A stretch of DNA of 32,000 bases from Propionibacteriaceae bacterium. Its GTDB lineage: Bacteria > Actinomycetota > Actinomycetes > Propionibacteriales > Propionibacteriaceae. The notes beneath the pieces are model-generated. The model was not told where the DNA came from, made no database searches, and saw only the letters and a program-made list of their open reading frames with translations. This document shows positions 1-8,159 of the stretch, piece by piece. Both the position numbers and the translations under genes were made by a program. Where the stretch lies: assembly GCA_031256725.1 (NCBI GenBank), contig JAIRQE010000015.1:90001-122000 (forward strand), given 5' to 3'. Every line of letters starts with the position of its first letter. Position 1 is the stretch's first letter.

Positions 1-1
1 C

Positions 2-274
2 GAACTCCCCATCTTCTCTGATGCGGCACTCAAGGATTACCAGACATGGATCGAGCCTTACATCAATGTTCCTGTGGATCAGATGACTCCTTTCACTTCA
101 CAGATCGGTTCAGCGAAACTCGTCAACGAGCCACCAGTGTCGACACAGGATGTTTATGCTGCACTTGACCCGGTCGTACAGGCAGTACTGACGGATCAGA
201 ATGCTGATATTGATGCTCTTCTCGCTGAAGCGAACGTTGCTGCCCAGCGTGAGATCGACAGAGCTCAGTCATAA
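2..274 (+). CDS. ABC transporter solute-binding protein, C-terminal end (5' partial; gene begins upstream of window)
   Basis: Frame is open from the window edge to TAA 272-274. Same strand and 25 nt upstream of two MalF/MalG-type permease genes. Product call rests on operon context only. Confidence 0.45.
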   Translation, partial: ELPIFSDAALKDYQTWIEPYINVPVDQMTPFTSQIGSAKLVNEPPVSTQDVYAALDPVVQAVLTDQNADIDALLAEANVAAQREIDRAQS

Positions 275-298
275 CGGATCTACGGTATAACTAAGGTT

Positions 299-1249
299 AT
301 GAAGCGCTCGGAACAGCCGGTAAGGGATGCAGCCACTGTGTCCCAAACCCGGCTGCCCGAGCGCTTCAAGCTTTGGTTCCGCAAAGGCGGGCTGTCTGCT
401 CTGCTGTTTGCTCTTCCCATCATTGTGGTCTTTGGGGGATTCTCATGGTGGCCAATTCTTCGTGCCATGGTCATGGCCTTTCAGGATACCAACCTCATTG
501 GGGATGCCACATGGGTTGGGCTCGACAATTTCCGGTGGGTTCTCACAGATCCTGATTTTCCGAAAGCATTACGCAACACCGGTTACTTTGCCTTGTTGGC
601 TTTGATTATTGGTTTTCCGATCCCCCTGATTGGTGCAGTTCTGATGAGCGAGGTGAAGAAACTACGGGGTTTGTTCTCTGTTCTTGCTTATCTTCCCGTT
701 GTGATCCCACCTGTGGTCTCTGTACTACTGTGGAAATTCTTCTACGACGGGGCACGAACTGGGGTTTTCAATACCCTTTTAGGCCATATCGGTCTCGGTC
801 CCTTCCCCTGGCTCAATGACAAGCATTGGGCTATGCCCTCCCTCGTTCTAGCTGCGACATGGGCAGGTGCAGGGGCCACAGTGATCATCTACCTGGCTGC
901 GTTGATCTCTGTACCGGCCGAACTTTATGAGGCCGCGGAGCTGGATGGGGCTGGCATCTGGCGTAAAATTTGGCATGTCACCCTACCCAAACTCCGCGGC
1001 GTCCTTTTCATCACCCTAATCCTTCAGATCATCGCTACTGCACAGGTCTTCTTGGAGCCGTACCTTTTCACAGGTGGTGGGCCGAATAAGGCCACACTCA
1101 CCATCCTGCTTATGATCTACAACTATGCCTTCGGAGCATCACTGGGAGCCGATTATGGCCCCGCGACCGCCTTATCGTTGATGCTCGCGGTCTTCCTCGC
1201 AATCTTCTCACTGATCTATTTCCGCTTGACAAGGGGGTGGAGTCAGTGA
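299..1249 (+). CDS. carbohydrate ABC transporter permease (MalF/UgpA-like subunit)
   Basis: 316-aa ORF with multiple hydrophobic spans. EAA-loop motif YEAAELDGAGIWRKIWHVTLPKL is typical of binding-protein-dependent transport permeases. Its stop overlaps the next start (TGATG). Confidence 0.9.
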   Translation: MKRSEQPVRDAATVSQTRLPERFKLWFRKGGLSALLFALPIIVVFGGFSWWPILRAMVMAFQDTNLIGDATWVGLDNFRWVLTDPDFPKALRNTGYFALLALIIGFPIPLIGAVLMSEVKKLRGLFSVLAYLPVVIPPVVSVLLWKFFYDGARTGVFNTLLGHIGLGPFPWLNDKHWAMPSLVLAATWAGAGATVIIYLAALISVPAELYEAAELDGAGIWRKIWHVTLPKLRGVLFITLILQIIATAQVFLEPYLFTGGGPNKATLTILLMIYNYAFGASLGADYGPATALSLMLAVFLAIFSLIYFRLTRGWSQ

Positions 1250-2157
1250 TGAAACGAAGTACGAAATCATCCAAGCCCGCCCTTGAACGGGGAATCGTCT
1301 CCGCCTATGAGCGTCGCCAAACAGGGACACGCATCAGTGTAGGCGCGATCAATGTCTTCCTCTTCCTCTTCCTGATGTTGGCATGCTTAGGGCCAATGTA
1401 CCTGCTCATCAAGTTCGCCATTACCCCCACCCAAGACATCATTCGTACCCCGTTGGCCATGTTCCCCAACGGAGTCGAATGGTCAAACCTCTCGCGGGCC
1501 TGGACTGAGGTGCGAGTCTCACGCTACTTCATGAACACGATTCTGATAGCATCCGGTTCTTGGTTCTTCCAATTGCTCGTGGCCACCACTGGAGGGTATG
1601 TACTATCGGTACTCAGACCCAAGTACGCTTCCATCTTGAACGCGCTGGTCATCTGTACCTTGTTCGTTCCAAGCGTGGTATTGCTCGTACCGCTGTATCT
1701 CACCATTCTTAACCCACCAGTCATCAATACTTCGCTGGTCAACACAGTATGGGCAGTATGGCTTCCCGCAGGCGCATCAGCCTTCAACGTGGTCATCGTC
1801 ACCCGCTTCTTCGACTCATTGCCTAGGGAGATCTTCGAGGCTGCTCGGGTTGACGGAGCTGGGCCTTTCACCCTTTTCTGGAGGGTGGTACTTCCAATGT
1901 CCAAGCCCATCCTTGGTGTTGTCTCAGTATTCGCCTTTATCGCCGCATGGAAGGACTTCCTGTGGCCCATGCTGGTCTTGAAGGATCCGATGATCCAACC
2001 CCTATCCGTACGGCTACCCGCCATTCAGGCCCAAACCGAGTTGGGGGTCTTCCTCGCTGCCTTGGCGATCTCAACAGCCGTACCTGTGGTCTTCTTCCTG
2101 GTCTTTCAGAAACTCTTCCTCTCTGGTGCTGGTCTGGGCGGTGCACTCAAGGGGTGA
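1237..2157 (+). CDS. carbohydrate ABC transporter permease (MalG/UgpE-like subunit)
   Basis: 306-aa ORF with EAA loop FEAARVDGAGPFTLFWRVVLPMSKP. The in-frame ATG at 1249 overlaps the upstream TGA (1247-1249) and is an equally likely start. Confidence 0.9.
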   Translation: MESVMKRSTKSSKPALERGIVSAYERRQTGTRISVGAINVFLFLFLMLACLGPMYLLIKFAITPTQDIIRTPLAMFPNGVEWSNLSRAWTEVRVSRYFMNTILIASGSWFFQLLVATTGGYVLSVLRPKYASILNALVICTLFVPSVVLLVPLYLTILNPPVINTSLVNTVWAVWLPAGASAFNVVIVTRFFDSLPREIFEAARVDGAGPFTLFWRVVLPMSKPILGVVSVFAFIAAWKDFLWPMLVLKDPMIQPLSVRLPAIQAQTELGVFLAALAISTAVPVVFFLVFQKLFLSGAGLGGALKG

Positions 2158-2170
2158 GGCCGCGGAGAGT

Positions 2171-2280
2171 GGAGTACATCTGTTCCAAACACATTCGCGC
2201 AGTTGTTTTCCCTTAGGGGAAAGCAACTCCTCCATTCGCTGGGTTTGGAATAGATGTACCCCACCCTCCGCTTGGGTGGG
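2171..2280 (+). repeat. Intergenic structured repeat, family 1, copy A (full length)
   Basis: Aligns over about 110 nt with 19347-19455 and over its 3' part with 10559-10636 and 24390-24458. Core is AGTTGTTT..-loop-..AAGCAACTCCTCC. Outer helix is 2174-2190 with 2243-2259. Terminal hairpin is CCCACCC/GGGTGGG at 2260-2280. Confidence 0.8.
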
Positions 2281-2283
2281 CTG

Positions 2284-2292
2284 TGAGAGAAT
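2284..2292 (+). promoter_or_regulatory. Candidate extended -10 element (TGaGAGAAT) for a leaderless transcript starting at ATG 2299
   Basis: TGA+GAGAAT ends 6 nt before ATG 2299. No properly spaced SD is present (GGGGG lies only 1-2 nt from the ATG). The same TGAGAGAnT+6 nt+ATG layout occurs at 24488-24505. Confidence 0.3.
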
Positions 2293-2298
2293 GGGGGT

Positions 2299-3225
2299 AT
2301 GACAACAGTTGTGCCTGGTGAAACTCCAGAACCTGCGGATTTCCCAACTGATCTTTCCTGGGGACCGGAATTTCTTCCCCCAGCAGAGCAGGTTAGGCCC
2401 TCCATGTTGCCGGAGTCTCACCCACCGAAGGTCAAGCCAACCAAAGCACCGAAAGCGCCTAGGACTCCCAAGCCACCCAAACAACCCAAGCCACCAAAAG
2501 AAGCTAAGTCTCGCAGACAACCCAAGACTGAGGTGGCCACTCAAGTTCCACAGGCTCCCCTAGCTCCAGACGGGAACCTTGGTACCTCTCCTTGGGCGGT
2601 ACCTCTCCTCATACATGCTAAAGATGACCAGGTTGCCCAGGTCAAGGAGGACAAACCCAAAAAAGACAAGAAGTCGGGGAAGTCATGGGGGCTGATCATC
2701 GTACTGGCGCTGATGGTACTCCTGATCTCTGGGGGGATTGGTGCCATCGCGGGGAGTAATGTGGTCGCCAGAGCCGGCTATGAATCCCGATTGGCTTCAT
2801 CGATGACAGTGGCTGTACTCAAGATTCCTCGACTCGGTGACGACTACGCGGTACCCATCCTGGAGGGGACAAGCTGGGCTGAACTCAGACAGGGTGTCGG
2901 ATGGTACGCAAAAACCGGTCGACCAGCTGAGATTGGGAACTTTGCTCTTGCGGGTCATCGTCTTGGATGGGGCCAGCCTTTTGCCAACCTGGACTCTCTT
3001 GAGGTGGGAGACGAGATCCAGGTCGTAGTCAATGGGAAAACCTTTACCTATCTTGTGATCACAGGCCCTACGGTCTTCTCAAATGAGTCTGTTGATGTCA
3101 TAGCTCCTGTCCCAGGTGATCCTGACCGTCTGCCAACGAAACCTCTCATCACGTTGACGACCGCAGCCAGTATGCTGCCTTCGCCGGATCGACTGGTTGT
3201 GATTGGGGAACTGGTACTCGACTGA
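2299..3225 (+). CDS. class E sortase-like membrane protein lacking the catalytic cysteine (TLTTA instead of TLXTC)
   Basis: 308 aa. Pro/Lys-rich N-terminus, TM segment WGLIIVLALMVLLISGGIGAI, then a sortase-fold pattern: IPRLG..PILEGTS, NFALAGHR (His codon 2956-2958), ITLTTAAS (3151-3171) and DRLVVIGEL. Confidence 0.75.
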   Translation: MTTVVPGETPEPADFPTDLSWGPEFLPPAEQVRPSMLPESHPPKVKPTKAPKAPRTPKPPKQPKPPKEAKSRRQPKTEVATQVPQAPLAPDGNLGTSPWAVPLLIHAKDDQVAQVKEDKPKKDKKSGKSWGLIIVLALMVLLISGGIGAIAGSNVVARAGYESRLASSMTVAVLKIPRLGDDYAVPILEGTSWAELRQGVGWYAKTGRPAEIGNFALAGHRLGWGQPFANLDSLEVGDEIQVVVNGKTFTYLVITGPTVFSNESVDVIAPVPGDPDRLPTKPLITLTTAASMLPSPDRLVVIGELVLD

Positions 3226-3251
3226 GACAGCGAACCCATTAGACTGATCAC

Positions 3252-3791
3252 ATGTCTGATCGTGATGCCCTTATTGACGCTGTAAAAACCCTCGGAGTCA
3301 TCCATGGACGGGTGACCCTAGCCTCGGGACGTGAGGCCGACTATTACGTGGATTTGCGCCGGGTTACCCTTGATGGCCATGCTGCTCCTCTTGTGGGGCG
3401 TGTGATGAGAGAACTCACTGCTGATTGGGATTTCGATGCCGTGGGTGGGCTGACCTTGGGTGCAGATCCTGTGGCAACAGCCATGCTTCATTGTGCAGCT
3501 GCATCTGGGGAAAAACTGGATGCCTTTGTTGTACGAAAAGAGGCCAAGTCCCACGGGATGCAACGCCAGATTGAGGGGCCTGAAATTGAGGGCCGACGGG
3601 TACTTCTGGTGGAGGACACCTCGACCACAGGGGGATCAGTGATGCAAGCGGTGGAGGCTGTCAGAGCCCGTGGCGGAATCCCAGTCGGTGTGGCCGTCAT
3701 CGTTGATAGGGCGACGGGGGCTAAGGAGAAGATCGAGGAAGCCGGTCTCGACTATCGTTATGCGATTGGCTTGGACGACTTGGGTCTCTAA
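3252..3791 (+). CDS. pyrE: orotate phosphoribosyltransferase
   Basis: 179 aa with PRPP-binding motif VLLVEDTSTTGGS and the LASGREADYYVDLR pattern typical of PyrE. Confidence 0.9.
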   Translation: MSDRDALIDAVKTLGVIHGRVTLASGREADYYVDLRRVTLDGHAAPLVGRVMRELTADWDFDAVGGLTLGADPVATAMLHCAAASGEKLDAFVVRKEAKSHGMQRQIEGPEIEGRRVLLVEDTSTTGGSVMQAVEAVRARGGIPVGVAVIVDRATGAKEKIEEAGLDYRYAIGLDDLGL

Positions 3792-4792
3792 TGACAGCTA
3801 AACGCGTCAGGATTCGCGAGGTCGCGGCTCGTGCAGGGGTCTCGGTTGGTACAGTCTCGAATGTCTTGAATCATCCCGAGGCGGTCTCAGATCGTACCCG
3901 TGAGCATATTCTGGGCGTGATGGCCCAGATGAACTTCGTCCGTGATGCTTCAGCACGTCAACTTCGAGTCGGAAAATCCCAGACTGTTGGGGTTGTTGTA
4001 CGAGACCTCTCCAACCCCTTCTATATGGAGTTGGCTAGGGGAATTGAGGACCGCCTTGCTCAGGATGGGTACCTGATGATGGTGAGCAGTTCCGATGAGG
4101 ACCCGGCTCGCGAGTCGCGGTTTGTGCGCCTCTTTGCCGAGCAGGGAGTACGGGGAATGCTCATCACCCCATTCCACAACACCTCCGAACAAATCGGCTT
4201 ATTGAAGGCTCTCCAGATCCCTGTTGTGTTGATGGACTCCATCTCGGATGAAGCCAAATCAGTGAGTGTGGATCATATTGACGGAGCCAAGCAAGCCATC
4301 ACCCATCTGCTTGAGCAGGGACATCGCCGGATCGGGTACATCGCAGGCCCGATGAGCATTCGCCCCTGCTGGGAACGTACCGAGGGGGCACGACAGGCCA
4401 TAACTGAGTACGGGTTGAACGTGGACGAGGTACTCGTGACCACAATACTTGATGTCCTCAGTGCCGATGCGGGCCAGGCTGGGATGGCTGCACTCCTCAA
4501 CCAGGGGCCAATCACTGGGATCTTTTGTGTTAACGATTTCGTAGCGATGGGGGCTCTACGGGAATTGCGTAACCGTGGGTTAATAGTGCCCGCCGACATC
4601 GCCGTCATTGGCTATGACGATATCGTCTTTGCCAGGGAGATGACTGTACCCCTGACCTCGGTACGACAGCCGATGCATCAGCTTGGGGGTACTGCTGTAG
4701 AAATGCTTCTCAACCCCACCCAAGGTACAGACCACATCAGTTTCCAGCCACAGTTGATCAAGCGCGAATCCTCACTATTGACCCGATACTAG
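3791..4792 (+). CDS. LacI-family transcriptional regulator
   Basis: N-terminal HTH IREVAARAGVSVGTVSNVLNHP followed by a periplasmic-binding-protein-like sugar-binding core (GYIAGP, FCVNDFVAMGA, IGYDD). ATG overlaps the pyrE stop. Confidence 0.9.
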   Translation: MTAKRVRIREVAARAGVSVGTVSNVLNHPEAVSDRTREHILGVMAQMNFVRDASARQLRVGKSQTVGVVVRDLSNPFYMELARGIEDRLAQDGYLMMVSSSDEDPARESRFVRLFAEQGVRGMLITPFHNTSEQIGLLKALQIPVVLMDSISDEAKSVSVDHIDGAKQAITHLLEQGHRRIGYIAGPMSIRPCWERTEGARQAITEYGLNVDEVLVTTILDVLSADAGQAGMAALLNQGPITGIFCVNDFVAMGALRELRNRGLIVPADIAVIGYDDIVFAREMTVPLTSVRQPMHQLGGTAVEMLLNPTQGTDHISFQPQLIKRESSLLTRY

Positions 4793-4944
4793 TCGTGACT
4801 ATTGCGAGACCGGTGGTACTTCGTCACCATGGGTACAACCACCTGAGGTACCATAATCAAAAAGTGGCCAAAATGTGACTTGAGACAGGTATGATGGTTC
4901 GTGCAGTTTTCTGTATCTCTATGAATCAGCAAAGGTGGGAATTA

Positions 4945-5442
4945 ATGAAAATTCGTAAACTATTAGCCGGGGTCGCTGCGTTGTGCCTCCTTGGTGTAAC
5001 GAGCGGTTGTTCGCTCTTGGGCTTAACCCAGTCCCGTGATCCCAACGCTGAAGTGACTGCCTCAACGAACGTTGATGCCTTCTCCTTGCGTCTTGGCGAT
5101 TGCATTCTGACTGAGACCCTGATGCAAGAAGAGGTTGGTTCCGTTCCAGTGGTACCCTGCTCTGAGCCTCATGATGCAGAGGTCATCTACATCTTCGATG
5201 TCAATTTCGAAGACTTCGATGCATACGCTCTTGAAGAGGCTGCTGAAGAAGAGTGCTACCGCGCTGTCGAGGAATATGTTGGCCCCAACTGGGAAAGCGT
5301 TTCTTCTGGGGGTCTTGAAGTGAACTACCTGACCCCAACTGAGGGTTCATGGAGTAACGGTGACCGCGAGATCGACTGCATCGCGTATTCACTTGGCGAG
5401 GAACTTGAATTCACTTCTTCGATGAAGGGTGCGGGCGCTTAA
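4945..5442 (+). CDS. lipoprotein, septum-formation-family-like
   Basis: MKIRKLLAGVAALCLLGVTSGCS is a lipobox signal peptide. Paired Cys pattern GDCI...VPCSEPHDAEV...C...CI follows. AGGTGG lies 7 nt upstream of ATG 4945. The track ORF starts at 4891 but that N-terminus lacks an RBS. Confidence 0.6.
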   Translation: MKIRKLLAGVAALCLLGVTSGCSLLGLTQSRDPNAEVTASTNVDAFSLRLGDCILTETLMQEEVGSVPVVPCSEPHDAEVIYIFDVNFEDFDAYALEEAAEEECYRAVEEYVGPNWESVSSGGLEVNYLTPTEGSWSNGDREIDCIAYSLGEELEFTSSMKGAGA

Positions 5443-5464
5443 TCCCATCCCCTAATCTTCTAAG

Positions 5465-5509
5465 AGCCTGTCGGGAGTACATATGCTACTCCTGACAGGC
5501 TTCTTGTTT
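5465..5509 (+). terminator. Rho-independent terminator after the lipoprotein gene
   Basis: 15-bp stem AGCCTGTCGGGAGTA (5465-5479) with TACTCCTGACAGGCT (5487-5501), containing one G-T pair. Loop is 7 nt, followed by TCTTGTTT. It lies 22 nt after the stop. Confidence 0.75.
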
Positions 5510-5556
5510 GAGAAGCTTTTTGCCTATCCAGAAGAATTTTCACAGTCGTCAAACCA

Positions 5557-5585
5557 TTGACAGATTGCGGTTTTTTGGCTAGAAT
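5557..5585 (+). promoter_or_regulatory. Sigma-70-type promoter upstream of the ArsB/NhaD-like permease
   Basis: TTGACA (5557-5562), a 17-nt spacer, then TAGAAT (5580-5585). This predicts a leader of about 140 nt before GTG 5732. Confidence 0.55.
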
Positions 5586-5731
5586 CAGCCGCAACTGTTG
5601 ACGGTTCCCCTGATCCTCCAGTAACTCGCTCGTGTGCTCAGGTTTCTCCTGAGGCAGCACCAAAATAGGCCAACCCAATGTCGGAGACCTAGAGATCGGA
5701 GCAGACCATTCTCGTCTACGTAGCCGTATTC

Positions 5732-7000
5732 GTGTTTGTGGTCTCGTATGTTCTCATTGCAACAGAAAAGGTACACAGGGTAGCAGCCGCCCTCGGCGGT
5801 GTGGCTGTTATGACCCTTCTGGGGTTGGTGGACGCCGACTCTGCCTTCTTCGATCACACAACAGGCGTTGACTGGAATGTACTCTTCCTACTCTTCGGGA
5901 TGATGGTGATCGTCTCTATTCTGCGTCATACTGGTCTTTTCGAGTTCATTGCCCTGTGGGCGGCGCGTACCTCCCAGGGAAAACCGACGAGACTCATGGT
6001 CCTGCTCATCTTGGTCACCGCAGGATTCTCACCTATTCTTGACAATGTCACCACAGTGTTGCTGGTCACACCGGTGACCCTTTCCGTATGCCAGAGGCTA
6101 CGCATCGATCCCATGCCCCATCTGATCGCCTTGATTCTTGCGGCCAATGTTGGTGGTCTATCGACCTTGATTGCTGACCCTCCCAACATCATCATTGCCT
6201 CCCGTGCTGGCCTGACCTTCAACGACTTCCTGATTCATTCCCTTCCACTGTGCATCGTTCTTCTTGTCGTTTTGGTCTTCCTCTTGCAAATCCTTTTCAG
6301 GAAGCACCTCAGGGTGACGATCGATGTCAATGAGGTACTTGAGGGGATTCATCCAACTGATGCCATCACCGACAAGCCTCTCCTTGTGCGTTGTCTGGTC
6401 GTCTTATCGATGACAATGGTTGCCTTTGGTTTCCATACCATTGTTCATGTGGACCCATCCATCATTGCTTTGCTTGGTGCAGGAGCAATGGTCCTTGTCA
6501 GTCGTACCACCCCTCAAGAGTTTCTTGGTGAAGTTGAGTGGATGACTCTCGCCTTCTTCATGGCCCTCTTCGTACTCGTCGGCGCGCTAGTCAAGGTCGG
6601 AGTAATCGGGAAACTGGGTCAAATGGCCGCCAACCTCATGGACGGAAACGAGTTGCTTGGGGCAACCGGGCTCCTAGTCTTCTCTGCGATTGCTGGTGCC
6701 ATCGTTGACAATATCCCCTATACCACAGCCATGACCCCTGTCGTCGAAACGATGATCGCCTCCACAACTCATGTGGGCGCTGAATCCCCCCTATGGTGGG
6801 CCTTCGTCTTCGGAGCCGATCTTGGTGGGAATAGCACAGCCGTTGCCGCTGGTGCCAACGTCGTAGTACTTGGCGTTGCAGCTAAGTGGGGTCGTCCTAT
6901 CAGTTTCTGGAAGTTCACTAAGTACGGCCTAGTCGTGACAGCCACCACCGTCACCATCGCATGGTTCTATGTGTGGCTACGCTACTTCGTACTGGTCTAG
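5732..7000 (+). CDS. ArsB/NhaD-superfamily (SLC13/CitMHS-like) ion transporter permease
   Basis: 422 aa, highly hydrophobic throughout. N-terminal YVLIATEKVHR motif and internal repeat architecture are typical of this superfamily. GTG start; an in-frame TAG at 5690-5692 limits any upstream extension. Confidence 0.8.
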   Translation: MFVVSYVLIATEKVHRVAAALGGVAVMTLLGLVDADSAFFDHTTGVDWNVLFLLFGMMVIVSILRHTGLFEFIALWAARTSQGKPTRLMVLLILVTAGFSPILDNVTTVLLVTPVTLSVCQRLRIDPMPHLIALILAANVGGLSTLIADPPNIIIASRAGLTFNDFLIHSLPLCIVLLVVLVFLLQILFRKHLRVTIDVNEVLEGIHPTDAITDKPLLVRCLVVLSMTMVAFGFHTIVHVDPSIIALLGAGAMVLVSRTTPQEFLGEVEWMTLAFFMALFVLVGALVKVGVIGKLGQMAANLMDGNELLGATGLLVFSAIAGAIVDNIPYTTAMTPVVETMIASTTHVGAESPLWWAFVFGADLGGNSTAVAAGANVVVLGVAAKWGRPISFWKFTKYGLVVTATTVTIAWFYVWLRYFVLV

Positions 7001-7033
7001 GACCCCTGCGAATAGAGGTCACGAAAACCTGGA

Positions 7034-7618
7034 TCAGGTGGGTTGATCTCCCGGCTCAGGTTGCGTACCTTCACCTTTGCCTTCCACGTCTCCCTCTTCA
7101 GGAGTGGGAGTAGGCGATGGCGGGAGGCATACCTGGCCAGAAGGGATCTCAAGACTGGTGACAGGTTCAGCAACCCATCCCAGCTTCTCATCGAAACTGG
7201 AACCCACGATGACCTCAACAGTGTGATCCGTACGTCCGTCTGCTTCGATCTTTGCTTCAGTAAACCAGCCGGCAATCAATTGCACCTCAGGGTTGTCGAC
7301 GGCAGCGCCAATAATAAGGACCGTGAGTACCTTTGCTTCTGTGTTCCCGACCTTGTCGACGATGAACCCGGACTCACCCAGTTTCTTTGCGACACGGCCA
7401 GCCATCCCTCGACGGGTACCAGCGTTGTACACATGGACCGTCACAGATGAAGGTTCGAGTACAGACAGGGACACAGTCTCACACACTGGAAGGGCCGGGC
7501 CTGGCACCTTGGCGGTGATGGCTTTGTACCCCCAAAAAACCCCACCTGCCAGAAGGCTTAGGAGGAGTACCAGGGTGATCGGGGTCGACAGACTCCTCAT
7601 CACTCTTTTGCTGTCCAC
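7034..7618 (-). CDS. LytR_C domain-containing membrane protein
   Basis: N-terminal TM (ITLVLLLSLLAGGVFWGY), then VTVHVYNAGTRRGMAGRVAKKLGESGF...VLIIGAAVD, the LytR C-terminal domain pattern. Pro/Glu-rich tail. Confidence 0.75.
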   Translation of the reverse strand: MDSKRVMRSLSTPITLVLLLSLLAGGVFWGYKAITAKVPGPALPVCETVSLSVLEPSSVTVHVYNAGTRRGMAGRVAKKLGESGFIVDKVGNTEAKVLTVLIIGAAVDNPEVQLIAGWFTEAKIEADGRTDHTVEVIVGSSFDEKLGWVAEPVTSLEIPSGQVCLPPSPTPTPEEGDVEGKGEGTQPEPGDQPT

Positions 7619-7651
7619 TAGGCCTCCTCGTTGTTTCAGATCGTCACAAGT

Positions 7652-8041
7652 TTACTGGATTCCTGGTCCAGCCATTTCCAAGACTCGAGCATGGATGGTT
7701 TGTCGGCCCTGGAGGGCAGCTCGAAGAGTCCTCTGAAGGCCATCCTCAAGGTAGAGGTTCCCATTCCAGGAGATGACATGGGGAAACAGATCACCGTACA
7801 GGGTCGAATCCTCAGCCAGGAGTGTACTGAGATCAAGCATGCGCTTTGTTGTGACAAGGTGGTCGAGCCTCAGCTCCTGTGGTTCGATCTTCACCCAGTC
7901 TTTCATGGTCATGTTATGACCAGGGTACGGGCGCGTGTCACCCACTTCCTTGAAAATCACACTCATGAGCATAGCGTAGGTAGTGAATAAGGGCTGATTC
8001 GGGCCCAATCTGGTAGAGATTATGAAAGATTCAGGTGTCAC
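7652..8041 (-). CDS. conserved hypothetical protein (family not recognised; weak ParB/Srx-like LYLEDGLQR motif)
   Basis: 129-aa ORF with coding-like composition, 33 nt from the LytR_C gene on the same strand. True start may be an internal Met. Confidence 0.45.
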   Translation of the reverse strand: MTPESFIISTRLGPNQPLFTTYAMLMSVIFKEVGDTRPYPGHNMTMKDWVKIEPQELRLDHLVTTKRMLDLSTLLAEDSTLYGDLFPHVISWNGNLYLEDGLQRTLRAALQGRQTIHARVLEMAGPGIQ

Positions 8042-8159
8042 TCAGAAACCTAGAGTATAATCTGTTGGGATAGCGACTTTAACCACTACGCTATCCTCAT
8101 TAGTCACGGGTATTTACTTAATCTGGTGCAGTGGGGGTAGTGGTGCGGGAGGAGGTTTA

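Noticed and set aside
5592-5731. Assigning the permease leader to a known riboswitch class
   Set aside because: I could not recognise any conserved riboswitch core by eye. Reported only as an unexplained long leader.
8056-8097. TATAAT box (8056-8061) and 8-bp hairpin GGATAGCG/CGCTATCC (8068-8096) upstream of the L,D-transpeptidase gene; also checked as a tRNA-like fold
   Set aside because: No acceptable -35 at 16-19 nt spacing and no cloverleaf. May be regulatory but support is too weak to list.
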